Below, piece by piece: positions 23,243-36,809 of a DNA stretch of 64,000 bases (position 1 is its first letter; each line of letters opens with the position of its first letter). Where the stretch lies: the NCBI RefSeq assembly GCF_006345805.1, contig NC_043002.1:115630001-115694000 (forward strand), in the 5' to 3' direction. The translations under genes and the position numbers were made by a program. This stretch comes from Octopus sinensis. Its lineage: Eukaryota. A model generated the notes under the pieces. That model worked only from the letters and a program-made list of their open reading frames with translations. It did not search any database and was not told where the DNA came from.

Positions 23243-23803
23243 TGAGTTTTAATAATAATATCAACAAAAATGCTATTTAGTCATTTTTATAAAAAATATT
23301 CTTAGGTTTTATTTGTAGTATTTAAATTCTAACCCAAATCTTTTTAGATAACATTTGACTTCTGAGACAAATTCATCAAAACGATAAAAACAGAACTGAT
23401 TCATAAATTTGCCCTATTTCTTCATTTGTTCTATTTCCTGAATTTATCTTAGATTTAGTTTGGTTATTACATGTATTCCTCAATGTGTTATTCCTATCTT
23501 TGACTATTCAGTATCTTCTAGCATGCTTTGTGGTTAAATCTATAATTGCTGTTTTTCTTTTCCTTTCACATCTTGGTTTGGTCTTCATTTTTTTCAAGTT
23601 CAACATCTTAATTTTAAATTTCTACAATTTTCATTATAAGGGTGTATGTCTATTTTTTGGAAAATTTTAATATTTCAGAAGAATATATGATAAAATGCTG
23701 TCAATTTAAGATTTTCTGACATAAACTTCTGTTTATTTATCTGTCTCTACCCCTCCTCTCTTCTTTCCCTCTATCTATCTTTCATATAGTGAGAGAAAGA
23801 GAG

Positions 23804-23841
<38 letters not shown>

Positions 23842-24239
23842 ATGTTAATGTAGTAAATAATGAACTTGCATGGATGTGTGGTTGATGAAAGGAAAAGGAG
23901 TAGCTCAGAAATGAGGTGTGAAGCTGCATTACAGAAAGAGTGAAAAGCAAAAGTGTAATAAACCAGCATATAGATGAGAAATAAGGTGACGTGTGAGGTG
24001 AGAGAATGGAAGAGAAAGACATACAGTGACAGAGATGAGGTCAGAGGTATGCAGGGATGGATATAGCAAGGGGCAGTCAAAGGTGTAAGGGCTTCAATGG
24101 CGGATGTGAGGTTGGTGAGGATGAAAGTAGATATGGGAAGGTATTAAAGATAATTTATGGCTGTTCTGAGATGTAGCCCAGGAGAAACAGAGACATAACT
24201 GGTGGCACAGAAGGGGTAATCAATGGAAAATAAAGTGTC

Positions 24240-24680
24240 TTTCTAGAAAGAGGGCATCAATAATATATCTCCCTGACACAAAATCAACTGCAGCGCATCT
24301 AGTCTAATTCTCTTGCTAATTAATTAGGCTATAAGTTTTTTCTGTAACTTTCATAACCTGGTCCAGCAATTTGATACCTCTGCAATAACTTATAAGGTAT
24401 CTCCTTTACTCTTATAACAGTTTGCAATAATGTTGCTACACCAGTTTGTGGGGATGGTACCTTCCTGGACAACCTGATTAACAATATGGTGAATAAGCCA
24501 CCTGCTATTTTAAGCATTTAAGCAGTGATTCCTGGTGGATCAAAGACTTTCCCTGCCTTCATATCTTTAATTACTTTATCATGTTGCTGTAGCCTAGGAT
24601 AGCTGGTCCTTCTATTGGATCCACATTAGAAAGATTCTATTTTTCTATATCTTAAGCTTCCATATCTTCTTATTCCATAC
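24240..24680 (-). pseudogene. Decayed RTE-type reverse transcriptase fragment
   Basis: Minus-strand translation contains YCRGIKLLDQVMKV followed by a decayed F..GR motif (RT domains 1-2) with stops. Confidence 0.65.
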
Positions 24681-24909
24681 TGGTGTGTTTCTAAGTGCTT
24701 CTACATCTAAGACTGAAGACACTAACCACTAACTATGTTAGCTCTAAAGTTGTAGCCTTGATACAATAAGTAGGGGTGGGTTATTAATTAAGGAACTGTT
24801 ATCAGCACTTGAATAGATGATTTGCGCAAACACTTGCCATCTGGCAGATGGCTATTGGACATGTCCATCTAATTTAAACAACCAATTATTATGCATTGTA
24901 TATATGAAT

Positions 24910-24948
24910 TAGCACTATGACCTGGCGGCGTCGGGTCATAGTGCTAGT
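24910..24948. mobile_element. Helitron-like terminal hairpin (same motif as 56288)
   Basis: TAGCACTATGACC-11nt-GGTCATAGTGCTA-GT is nearly identical to 56288-56328. Confidence 0.5.
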
Positions 24949-25149
24949 GCATGCATATACAGCTGCATGCGTGCACACATACACGCGAGTACTGTCCAAA
25001 TCTCCGACCAATCACATACAGCTAGCTGGCATTCAATTGGCCTATCAAGTTTCAGGCATTTTGATTAGGTTTTGCAGATTATTATAGTCCCAGATATCAT
25101 GATCATTTGTAGCGTATGAATTAAGGATTTGCATTTTCTCCCCAAGTTC

Positions 25150-26050
25150 CCAAATTCGCCCATACTTTGCTCATGGCAGGTTCATATGTATCCTGTTGCT
25201 TCAATAATAAGAGGCATGAAGTTGAAAGTGTATCTTGAGTACTGGATTTGCAAACTCTTTGTGGATGCTCTATAAATATCCTTTTTCATTGGTGTCCAGA
25301 GAGCAGCTGATTTCCACAAGAGAACATATCTTTTCCTTGTGGCCCTACACAATATCTGGCTGGTTCTGTTTTAACTTAGTGGCTGTTTTGATTTTAAAGT
25401 TCCACCAATATTTTTTGATCCATCAGTCTTCAATGTAGTCAACTTCATCCATAAGTGTTTCCTTTTTTGGTACCCTCTTTCAGACTGTGTTGATCACCAC
25501 ATCATGCCTTATGGGAAGATAATATCTGGAAGACATTCTCTCACTGCTGGCAATAGTGTGGTTGACATCTTCAGTCTTGGTCTTGCACAGCCTACATTTG
25601 TTCACTGTCAATGTTTTCTGCTTCTTATGCTGTAGGCACTTGGTGAGGATCTCTTGTTCTTGAATTGCATGGAGATAGCCTTCAAACTTGTCAGAACTCC
25701 ATGCCAAGTTTTTGACATGATCAGTTCCATCTATGGTTTGTTTTTTGTGCCAAATACCCATATACTATCGTCTCAGTAAATAGGTTCATTTTTTAAAATT
25801 TTGTTCCTCTGATAAATATATTTTACCAATGACCCTCAAGTCCATTACCTCTCCTCAAAGTCATTAGGTGTCCTAATTATGTTGTTAATTTCATGGTCAC
25901 AAACTTGGGCAAGATAATCATTGGCCTCTTTCTTTGGCTGCAGATATTGTTCCAGTATCACAATGCCAATTCTGAACATGCTACAAATGTTTCAATAGCA
26001 TGGAAATTTATTTGCGTCAATGTATTATATAAGCTGGAAATTTTGTGTTA
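25150..26050 (-). pseudogene. C-terminal fragment of a restriction-like-endonuclease (RLE) non-LTR retrotransposon (R2/R4/NeSL-type)
   Basis: Minus strand shows AIQEQEI, zinc-knuckle CRLCKTKTEDVNH, YYLPIRHDVV (RHD motif), WWNFKIKT, NQPDIV, EISC and PLIIEATG. Multiple stops. Confidence 0.75.
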
Positions 26051-26304
26051 TGTAATACATTAATTGCAAATAAACTGCTTTGCTATTGAACTGTCATTGT
26101 CCATTTATTTTCAGTTATATATATATATATATACATACATATTAACAAGAACAACTGCAGCATGGAAGATGTTTGTAAGCCATTTAAGAACACCACAAAA
26201 ACTGTTTCACTTCAACATATAAATTTAATTTGTGTCAAAATATTTTTGTCATTTTGAAACCATGACCTGTTCACTGACAAAACTTTGTGCTACATTTACT
26301 TATA

Positions 26305-26851
26305 TAAATAAATATAGGGATAAGCAAGTTAAGCAGATCAAAATATGAAAAATATTAAAAACATGGAATACAAAAAATGTATATATGTTTACATACAAAA
26401 CGGTCTGACTTACACAGAATACAAATGATATAGAGAATGAAAGGGGTTGAAGAAAAGTATTACGAATCCAACAGCTGTTTCTGGGGGCTCAGTGGTCCAA
26501 AATAATGTTTGTAGATTGATTCCATCAAAAAATTAAACAAGCCTCCATCATCATTTGAAGTGTTGAAGGAAAGAATCAAAGGTGGAAAGATGACGCCATC
26601 TTTGAACTTCTTTTCTTCAACACCTCAAACGTAAGATCTCTTCGCTGAAGACAGAAGTTTTTATTATCCTCCAGAAACAGGTGTTGGATTTATAATACTT
26701 TTCTTCAACTCCTTTAATTCTATATTTCATTTGTATTCTGTATAAGTCAGACCTTTTTCTATGTATACATAGCATACATTTTTTTGCATTTCATGTTCTT
26801 AATATACTTTATATTTTGATCTGCCTAATTTGCTTATCCCTACATTTACTT
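26305..26851. mobile_element. ~550-bp foldback element with degenerate hammerhead-like core
   Basis: Arms complementary (GGGATAAGCAAGTTAAGCAGATCAAAATAT / ATATTTTGATCTGCCTAATTTGCTTATCCC). Inner hairpin TCAAAGGTGG..CCATCTTTGA. CTGAAGA (26645) ... GAAACAGGTGT (26674). Confidence 0.8.
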
Positions 26852-26955
26852 CTTATACCCACTCAAGTTTAAATTTCTTCAGCACTACCAAGTATATGGA
26901 GAATAGCTGGAATATCTAATTCTCATCTATGAATTATATATATATATATACATAC

Positions 26956-27019
<64 letters not shown>

Positions 27020-27123
27020 GGGGTCCTTAACAGTTATTTTTCATCAATACTAGCTGATGCTAGTTGATATGGACAAACAAAAAATTACCAATCCATAGAT
27101 TTGATATTTTACAACTCTCTTGC

Positions 27124-27160
<37 letters not shown>

Positions 27161-27166
<6 letters not shown>

Positions 27167-28420
27167 CATGCAAGTAGTAAATAGACACCTTTAATTTTCA
27201 AAATCTTTTATTTAATACACAAAGTGAACAATTGAAATGTAATCGATAGGTAGGATTACGTACTTTAGTATTTAGTTGACATTTCCTTTGCAGTTTTTAG
27301 TTCAGAAACTGTTTTTGGCATTGAACTGATGAGCTTTGTGATTGTCTCTTGTGGAATTTCTGCCCACTTTTCATACAACAATCAAAACAATTCATCTTTA
27401 GATTTAGGTTTCTGTTGAGTTTTTTGTATAGCTCTATCTAGTATGCTCCAAAGATTTTCAATTGGGTTCATGTCAGGAGATTGGCTCGGCCATGGAAGCT
27501 TTTTGATCTCATTTTCAGTCAGCCATTGTTGATTCCTTTATGCTGTGTGGCATGGAGCCCCATTTTCCATGAATAAAAACTCATTTTTCGTTATGTTATC
27601 GTGTGAATACATCAGAAATAGTCCTTGCTTAAGTATTTCGATGTATTTTTCAGAGTTTATGGTTCCAACACATTCAATCAGCTCAGAATGACCATTGCTG
27701 ATGACAGCTCCCCATACCATTACAGAGATACTGCCATGTTTCACAGTTGGTTGGAGTTGTTTCAAATCAACTTCTTGATTGGGAAGCCTCCAGACCCAAA
27801 CTCGTCCACTGTCTGAAAATAATGCAGATCGAGGTTCATCTGAGAAAATCACTCTATTCCAAAATGGACTGGATTTTTCTGACATCTCCTTCTTTCTTTT
27901 CATGATATTAATTGGTTGAAGGAGAGGTTTTCTTCTAGCTGCTCGTCCATAATATCCAAGTTTATGCAGATATGTAACACATGTTCTTGGACTAACTTCT
28001 AGCTGTTTTGCAATGTCAGAAGCCTTCGAATGGGGTTCGTTTTCCACAATTCTTTTCAAACAGCAAAGCTTCCTTTCCAAGGGCCCAGGTCGGCCAGGAC
28101 AAGAATCTGTTGATTCTTTTCCTTGGCTTTTGAATTGCACTATAATTCTATTAACATTAGTAAGAGAAATTTGAAAATTTTTGGCAATTTTTCACTGGCT
28201 AAGACCAGCCTCGGATTGCCCAACAATATGACCTCTTTGAAAATCTGACAGAATTTTTTGTGCGTGGCATGGTTACTCTTTGCAAATATTTAATATAATG
28301 GCACCTGGAATGAAAAAGAATAATTACATTGTAAATTCTACACCACTGAAAACATATTAAGACGCTTAGATCAGAAATTTTGAAAATTAAATGTGTCTAT
28401 TTACTTCCTGCATATCTGTG
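27161..28420 (-). mobile_element. Tc1-family transposon, near full length, same family as 13330
   Basis: TIRs CAGACATGCAAGTAGTAAATAGACACC and GTGTCTATTTACTTCCTGCATATCTGTG; both ends are flanked by dinucleotide microsatellites. Confidence 0.9.
27265..28270 (-). pseudogene. DD34E Tc1 transposase pseudogene
   Basis: MPRTK..., [35 protein letters not shown] (second catalytic D mutated to N), [15 protein letters not shown] with 34 residues between the D position and E. Internal stops and a 5' frameshift. Confidence 0.92.
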
Positions 28421-28454
28421 TGTGTGTGTGTGTGTGTGTTTATCTCTCTCTCTC

Positions 28455-28494
<40 letters not shown>

Positions 28495-30484
28495 ATTCCT
28501 CGTGAGGGATTGTTAATAACAATCCAGATGCCAACTAGTTTTATCAGATATATTGACAGAAAGTTCCTCAATATATATTTATAAACAGTCTCATAAATTG
28601 TAAAGTTATTAAAAGAAAATGGAGAAGAAAAATATTATAGATGCTTGGTCCTTTTTTTTTTTTTTGTATCACAATAGAAAAGTAATGCAAAGAAAAAGAG
28701 ATTCCTTGTATTTATCCCATCTTCCTCCTATAGACTAATATAAATATATCTTTCTCTGTAGTACTTCTAAAATTCATTATCATAATATAATATAAACAAA
28801 CTTTCCATCCCTTCTTTATTAACATTTCTCAATCTAATTCCTTGTATATAACACCCCTTATGATAAGTTACAGTTATCTTTCTCCCATCTTCCTCCCATA
28901 AACTTTTATAAATATATTATAAATATAATAATAAATATATTTTTCAAATGCATTTGATATTTTAGTATCATTTCCACGTTCAATATTAGCTAAAATTAAA
29001 CGATCAATTTCTAATCAGATGAACTCTGCATCCTAATAAGCTGTTGTTTACATTTGAAAATTACTAAACAAAGCCCTCAAATAAGTTATTTCATAATTCA
29101 AGATCGGAAAATATACTTTTCCCTGAAGGTACCTGACAATATATGGTTTATTACATTTATAAAAGTTCAAAGGTTGACGATTCAAACATACTGTAGGATT
29201 TTTGCAGATTTTTTTCACTGTTTTGTTGGTCCAGTTCCTTTTAATATTTATTTTTATAGGTATCTTTTTTTCTTTGCATTAATTTTCCATTGTGATACAA
29301 ATAAAATGAACCAAGCATCTATAATATTTTTTTCTCCATTTCCTTTTATTAACTTTATATATATGAGGAATTTAGGTCAAGGTAACCCAAACTAATAGGT
29401 ATGCATTTTGAGTGCTCTAATAGATGATCCACCAAAATTCCAGCCAGAACAGTGGCTGGAATTGTGGCTGTGTGAATGTCTTGTTCAACAAAAACTGGCA
29501 ATTGGTAGGTATTGGTTAAAATAATAAGGAAGGCAAACAATCAGTCAAGGCCGGACTATGACATTTAAATTCATTCAGCTTAATCTAAAAATAGTAAAAT
29601 AATACAAAACTAGTAAAGGTAGCAAAGACAGCCATCTCTGAGACACCCTTGCCATTGGATTATTGTATTGATTGAAGATTTTATAAACTGGATATTCTGT
29701 CATTGGAGAAATGTATGAAGAAATGTATGACAGTGGAAAGAAAGCTCCTCTTTAATGGCATCTGCTGTGGTTCATTATGTTCAGGAAGGTAGGAGTGTTC
29801 AACCAAATCCATTCAAATTGGTTCTTCCCTAGGCACATCCATAGGTGAATCCATTATCAAAAGAGTGATCAAGTAGCATATCAAGGTGAGAAGAGGAAAA
29901 GAAACTGCTAGCAGTTGAACAGTTACATGAACAATAGAAGGAACAAGCAAAATGTTCTAGTATGAGAGAAAATAGGATAAGTAGATTGATAGACAGATAT
30001 AAGCAGCACACCAGGAACACTGTTTAGCATATCACAGGGCAATCAGTCCTCAGTGTGTGTGTGGGGGGGGGGCTCAATAAATAACACATTCTGGTATGAG
30101 AAAGATAGGTAGCTCTACATAGTGAGGGGTATTAAGTCTTGAGAACACCATAGAGAGAAGATGGTGTAGGGCCAGTAAATTGGCACTCCCACCCAAAGAA
30201 ATTGGGTGGGGGTAAATGCAAAGACCAACAAATAAGGGAGAGAATAAAACAGGGCAGATGCTATACCTTGGGTCTAGAGCACCAACAAGAGGGTGGGGAG
30301 CATTGAATAACAAAGTGGACACAAGGAAGACCACAGATAAGTGCAGATATGAGTTATCAAATCCCACTAGCCACCAAGGAAAGCTAGAATGCTAGAAACA
30401 GGTGTCAAACTATGATGGAAGGATGTAAGAATTAAGAGTTAAAATTTACAAAGACTTAACTAATATAACTCAACTAATAAAAGA

Positions 30485-31000
30485 CGTGGTATAAAAGTAA
30501 TGTAAATAGTTAGAAGAAGATAATAAAATAAGATAAATAGATAGGAAGAGATTTTAAAAATAGATAAAAATAGATAAGAAATAAAGAATATGATAAAAAC
30601 ATATGTAAGGATAACTGAAGTAAAAAATTAAAATAAGGTTAACACTTAAAATTAAAATCAAATTTAGATGAAACTAAAAATAAAATTTTAATTTTAATCT
30701 ACTGTCAGTAGCACTAATGGAGGGACTATGGGCTCACTGGAGACCAATATTTAATACGCCCATAGTCCCTCCATTAGCGCTACTGACACTAAATTAAATT
30801 TGAATTATATTTTTTATTTTTAATCTACATTTGATTATAATTTTAAGCCTTAACCTTATTTTAACATTTAACCTCTATCATTTATTTATCCTTACATATG
30901 TTTTTATCATTACTATTTTTTATTTTTTTTCCATCTATTTCTTATTTCTATTTAATTTCATTTTTTCTTCTAGCTGTTTACATTATCTTTATACCACATT
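30485..31000. repeat. ~515-bp AT-rich foldback with GC-rich near-perfect 31-bp core
   Basis: TGTCAGTAGCACTAATGGAGGGACTATGGGC (30703-30733) vs GCCCATAGTCCCTCCATTAGCGCTACTGACA (30758-30788), 1 mismatch. Outer arms still align (GGTATAAAAGTAATGTAAA / TTTACATTATCTTTATACC). Confidence 0.85.
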
Positions 31001-31339
31001 TTTTTTCTGCGATTTTCTAACAACACTTCTTTGTGTATTTCTATCTAGGATTTTCGTTTGGTTTTTTTGTTTTTTCAGTTTTATTTTGTCAGTTTTTTTT
31101 ATCAAACTTTCATCCGCTTAATAACATATATAAACTGCATTCTCAACATAATTTCATGCAATTGGTTGCTATTCTGATGTTGGCAACTTTCTTGATGGTC
31201 TAGCAATATTACAATTAGAAGTGCTACACATCACTGGAGATTAGATAATGTATTTTAATTATATAAATGACATATAACCAATAATCATTGTTTGGTAATG
31301 AAACATCAGATGGTGATAAATACTTTACATACAGAACCT

Positions 31340-32326
31340 CATGTTATATATATATAATATATATAGTAAATAATATAGATATATATATAGTAAATATATA
31401 TATATATATAGTAAAGAATATATATATATATATATTATATATATATATATATATAGTAAATAATATATATATAATATAGTAAATAATAGATATTATATAT
31501 ATATATATATATATATAGATATATATATATATATATAGAAATAATATATATATATATATATATGTAGTAAATAATATATATATATATATATATATAGATA
31601 TAGTAAATAATATAGAATATATATATAGAGTAAATAATATATATATATATATATATATATAGTAAATAATATAGATATATATATATATATATTAGTAAAT
31701 AATATATATATATATAGATAGAGATATAGTAATAATATATATATATATATTATATATATATATATAGTAAAATATATATATATAATATATATATAGATAT
31801 AGTAAATAATAGTATATATATATTATAGATATATATATAGTAAATAATATATAGATATATAATATATAGTAATAATATATATAATATAATATATATAGAG
31901 TAAATAATATATATATATATATAATATAGTAAAGAATATATATAGATATATATATATATAGTAAATAATTATATATATAGATATATATATATATAGTAAA
32001 TAATATAGATATATAGATATATATATATATAATATATATAGATATAATATATATATATATATATATATAGATATATAGATATATAGATATATATATAGTA
32101 AAATAAGTATATATATATATATATAGTAAATAATATATATATATATATATATATATAGTAAATAATTATATATATATATAGATAGATAGTAAAATAATAT
32201 ATTATATATATATATAAATAATATATATATATAGAGATATATATAGTAAATAATATATATATATAGATAGATATATATAGATATATAGTAAATAATATAT
32301 ATATATATTATATATATATATAGTAA

Positions 32327-32358
<32 letters not shown>

Positions 32359-32792
32359 GTATATATATATATAGATAGGAAATAATATAGATATATATAG
32401 ATATATATATATGTAAATAATATATATATATATATAATATATATATAGTAAAGAATATATATATATATATATATATATAGTAAATAATATATATAGATAT
32501 ATAGATATATAGTAAATAATATATATAATATAATATATATATATAATATAGATATATATAGATAGATATATAGATATAGTAAATAATATATATATTATAT
32601 ATATATATATATAGTAATAATATATAGATATATATATATAATATATATATATATAGAGTAAATAATATAGATATATATATAGATATATATATAGATATAT
32701 AGTAAATAATATATGATATATATATATATATAGAGATATATATATAGTAAATAAGATATAGATATATATATATAATATATATATATATAGTA

Positions 32793-32869
<77 letters not shown>

Positions 32870-32910
32870 AATAATATATATATATATATAATATATATAT
32901 ATATATAGTA

Positions 32911-32941
<31 letters not shown>

Positions 32942-32945
32942 GTAG

Positions 32946-32990
<45 letters not shown>

Positions 32991-33032
32991 ATTAATATAT
33001 ATATATATATATAATATATATATATATATAGT

Positions 33033-33072
<40 letters not shown>

Positions 33073-33075
33073 GTA

Positions 33076-33145
<70 letters not shown>

Positions 33146-33299
33146 GATAAATAATATATATTATATATATATATATATAGTAGTAAATATATATATATAT
33201 ATATATATATAGATATATAGTAAATAATATATATATATATATATATATAGTATATATAGTAAATAATATATATATATATATATATATATAGATATAGTA

Positions 33300-33335
<36 letters not shown>

Positions 33336-33336
33336 A

Positions 33337-33381
<45 letters not shown>

Positions 33382-33387
33382 AATAAT

Positions 33388-33434
<47 letters not shown>

Positions 33435-33474
33435 ATATATATATATAATTATATATATATATATATATATAGTA

Positions 33475-33516
<42 letters not shown>

Positions 33517-33535
33517 AATAATATATATATATATA
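31340..33535. repeat. ~2.2-kb compound satellite: (TA)n punctuated by GTAAATAA
   Basis: Dozens of TAGTAAATAATATA units separated by variable TA runs. Confidence 0.95.
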
Positions 33536-33540
33536 TTCTT

Positions 33541-33830
33541 TTAAATACCCAGAGAATAGGAAGAAAACCAGCCTAGCAAAATATGTCTGGGAACTAAAAG
33601 AAAAGGAAGCCCCACCTTTCAACGTGACATGGAGCATTCTGGACAGGGCGGCACCATACAGGCATGGAGCTTACAAATATAATTTCAAGTGCAAGCTTTG
33701 CTTATTAGAGAAAATGCACATCTTATTCAAAGACAATAATCTTTGAATCAAAGAAGTGAGTTAATGAACTTATGTAGGCACGCGGCTAAATTTAAAATGT
33801 CGAATATAAATATACCATATGGATAGAGTA
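33541..33830 (+). pseudogene. Penelope-like element, C-terminal GIY-YIG endonuclease fragment
   Basis: [39 protein letters not shown], then a frameshift to LNQRSELMNLCRH: the typical PLE C-terminus (CxLCLxEK, LNxRSELxxxCRH). Confidence 0.8.
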
Positions 33831-34899
33831 TATATTTTGTATTTTGATTTTTGATTTTTGATTTTGACTCTTGAGCGCTACGACGGATCTATAGCAAAGT
33901 CTTATTGTTTCTACATATATATTAGGAAAAACCTACAAACTTTGTTTTCATGTTATTGTATTGCATAGGATTACCTTGATTATTTATATTACCTTGATTA
34001 TTTATAAATGACCCAAAATAGGATGTTATATTTTATTTTATATGTCTTTCGTATATATTTTTATTAATGCACCCATTTTTTAAAAGCAATGTTTTTTTTT
34101 TTTTTTTTTTTTTAAAAGAGCAATGTTGTCAAAATTAGAATGTTTATATAAGTATATGTATAGCAAAGCATATGTATTTGTAAGCATGCGTATCTGTGTA
34201 TGTGTAAGTGAAAGTATGCTTGTGCTTAAGCACGCATACACACGACGGTATGTATATGTATCAATTCAAACTTGTGTATGTATACTGGCCTCTATAGATG
34301 CCAATAACATCGCTACAAGTCCCCCCCCCTTTCGTTCCTTTTTCTCTCTTTCCCTTTCTTTCGTTCCCCCTCCTTGCTCAGTATATGAGAATTGCTACAT
34401 AGATGAATTTTAGCTTGCGTGCGAGACGGTTTGCGTGAATATATGTACACATGCTTTTATGTGTATAATTTAGATTCATATTCATACGTCTGTATATGTA
34501 TGTATGGTGTTTACGCACATCCTTTTGTGTATGTTGATATATATGTGTGGATTTTAATATAAATATGTATTGCAGTATTTATAACAGGTTTAATTTCTAT
34601 GCATTAATTTGTACTGTCTTCATTAACGGCAATAGGTTTTTTCCTCGGTTTTCCTCGGATTTTATAATTTTTATAATTTTTATAAGTTTTTTATATATAT
34701 ATACATATATTTTGACCTTTTTGTTTATCGCTCGAAGATTGACCGTTTTTTCTAAAGGGCCAATCAAACAAGTCATTTCTTTTTAAAGGTGTAGCGTTTG
34801 TAAGAGTATAGATTGAATTAATATATAAGTTCCATTCTAGCAAAAAACTGTCTGATGAACGGCAACGAGAAACTCAGATTTTGTTGAATTTTCTGCTGC

Positions 34900-35180
34900 T
34901 TAAAATAATACATATATATATATACATATATATTTATATATATATATATACATATATTTATATTATATAATATACATATATTTATATGTATATATATTTA
35001 TATATATAATACATATATTTATATAATATATATACATATATTTATATATATATATATACATATTATATATATATATATATACATATATTTATATATATAT
35101 ATATACATATATATATGCATATATATATATATGCATATATATATTATATGCATATATATATATGCATATATATATATATA

Positions 35181-35215
<35 letters not shown>
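34900..35215. repeat. (TA)n/(TACA)n microsatellite block
   Basis: Direct inspection. Confidence 0.95.
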
Positions 35216-35216
<1 letters not shown>

Positions 35217-36662
35217 CATACTAATAAGTAGGAAGGTAGACAAACCACAATGCCTTCAGGTAGATGGCTCTGTTCGATCTGTAGAAAAGGTGTAGGTAGA
35301 AACTCTATAAGATGTACCCAGTGTAAGCTATGGACACATAAGAGGTGCAACAATGTCAAAGGAAGATAGTTTTTGTATGTGGCAGATGCTCAGGAGCAAT
35401 AAACTCTGAAAATCTGCAGAAAACAACTTCCGTCACTTTCCAGGGGGGAAAAACTAGAAGTAGTTGATAGCTTCCGTTATCTAGGTGACCAAGTCAGTAG
35501 TGGGGTGGGTGTGCTGAAAGTGTAACTGCTAGAGTAAGAATAGCCTGGGCAAAGTTCAGGGAGCTCTTACCTCTGCTGGTGACTAAAGGCCTCTCGCTCA
35601 GAGTAAAAGGCAGACCGTATGATGCATGTGTATGAACAGCCATGCTACATGGCAGTGAAACTTGGGCCGTGACCGCTGAGGACATGCGTAAGCTCGTTTG
35701 GAATGAAGCCAGTATGCTCTGATGGATGTGTAATGTCAGTGTGCATACTCGACAGACTGTTAGTACCTTGAGAGAAATGTTGGACCTAAGAAGCATTAGC
35801 TGTGGTGTGCAAGAGAGACGACTGCGCTGGTATGGTCATGTGGCGAGAATGGATGAAGATACCTATGTGAAAAAGTGCCAATCCCTTGCAGTTGAGGGAA
35901 CCCGTGGAAGAGGTAGACCCAGGAAAACCTGGGACAAGGTGGTGAAGCACGACCTTCGAACTTTAGGCCTCACCGAGGCAATGACCAGCGACCGAGACCT
36001 TTGGAAATATGCTGTGCATGAGAAGACCAGGCAGGACAAGTGAGTCCAGCCCACTTATGCATGTCTTTCCTCCCTTGGACACACAAAGACCTGTTGAGGC
36101 AAGCGAAGTCGAAATCAAACCTCATCCAACGACAGGCACCCATGCCAACCTCCCTTCATTGGACACTAAACTCTGCTTGCGAAGACCTGTTGGGGCAAGT
36201 GAAATCGAAATCGAATTTGAACCAATCCTATGACTGGCACCCGGCAGTTGCCAGGACCGCTGGACTGACTCCTGTGCAGTGGCAAGTGAAGAAACACAAT
36301 TTCGACCCTGTGCTTGAGGAGATCCATTGAGTCAAGTACACCGATATCAAAATCAATGGAAACTGCAGTTGTGATCCCTGAGCCGCCGAGACTGGCTTCC
36401 ATACCGGTGGCACGTAAAAAGCACCATCCGAATCGTGGCCGATGCCAGTGCCGCCTCAACTGGCTTCCATGCCGGTGGCACGTAAAATGTACCCACTACA
36501 CTCATGGAGTGGTTGGCGTTAGGAAGGGCATCCAGCTGTAGAAACACTGCCAGATCAGACTGGAGCCTGGTGCAGCCATCTGGCTTCCCAGATCCCCGGT
36601 CGAACCGACCAACCCATGCTAGCATGGTGAACAGACGTTAAACTAAACTATGATGATGATGA
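35216..36662 (+). mobile_element. 5'-truncated RTE-clade LINE (ORF C-terminus, long 3' UTR, (GAT)n tail)
   Basis: LEVVDSFRYLG, RVRIAWAKFRELLPLL, YDACV*TAMLHGSETW, RRLRWYGHV, RGRGRPRKTW, stop at 36041-36043. CGA-to-TGA stops and frameshifts are present. Confidence 0.92.
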
Positions 36663-36664
36663 GA

Positions 36665-36728
36665 TACATATATATATTATATATATATACATCATATATA
36701 TAATAATATATATTAATATAGATATATT

Positions 36729-36767
<39 letters not shown>

Positions 36768-36772
36768 CATAG

Positions 36773-36809
<37 letters not shown>

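Noticed and set aside
23780-24230. Purine-rich segment possibly coding on the minus strand
   Set aside because: Probably decayed retroelement sequence, but no diagnostic motif could be assigned.
29380-30480. Higher-GC segment with small hairpins and short ORFs
   Set aside because: Could not assign a family or coding frame; likely old repeat debris.
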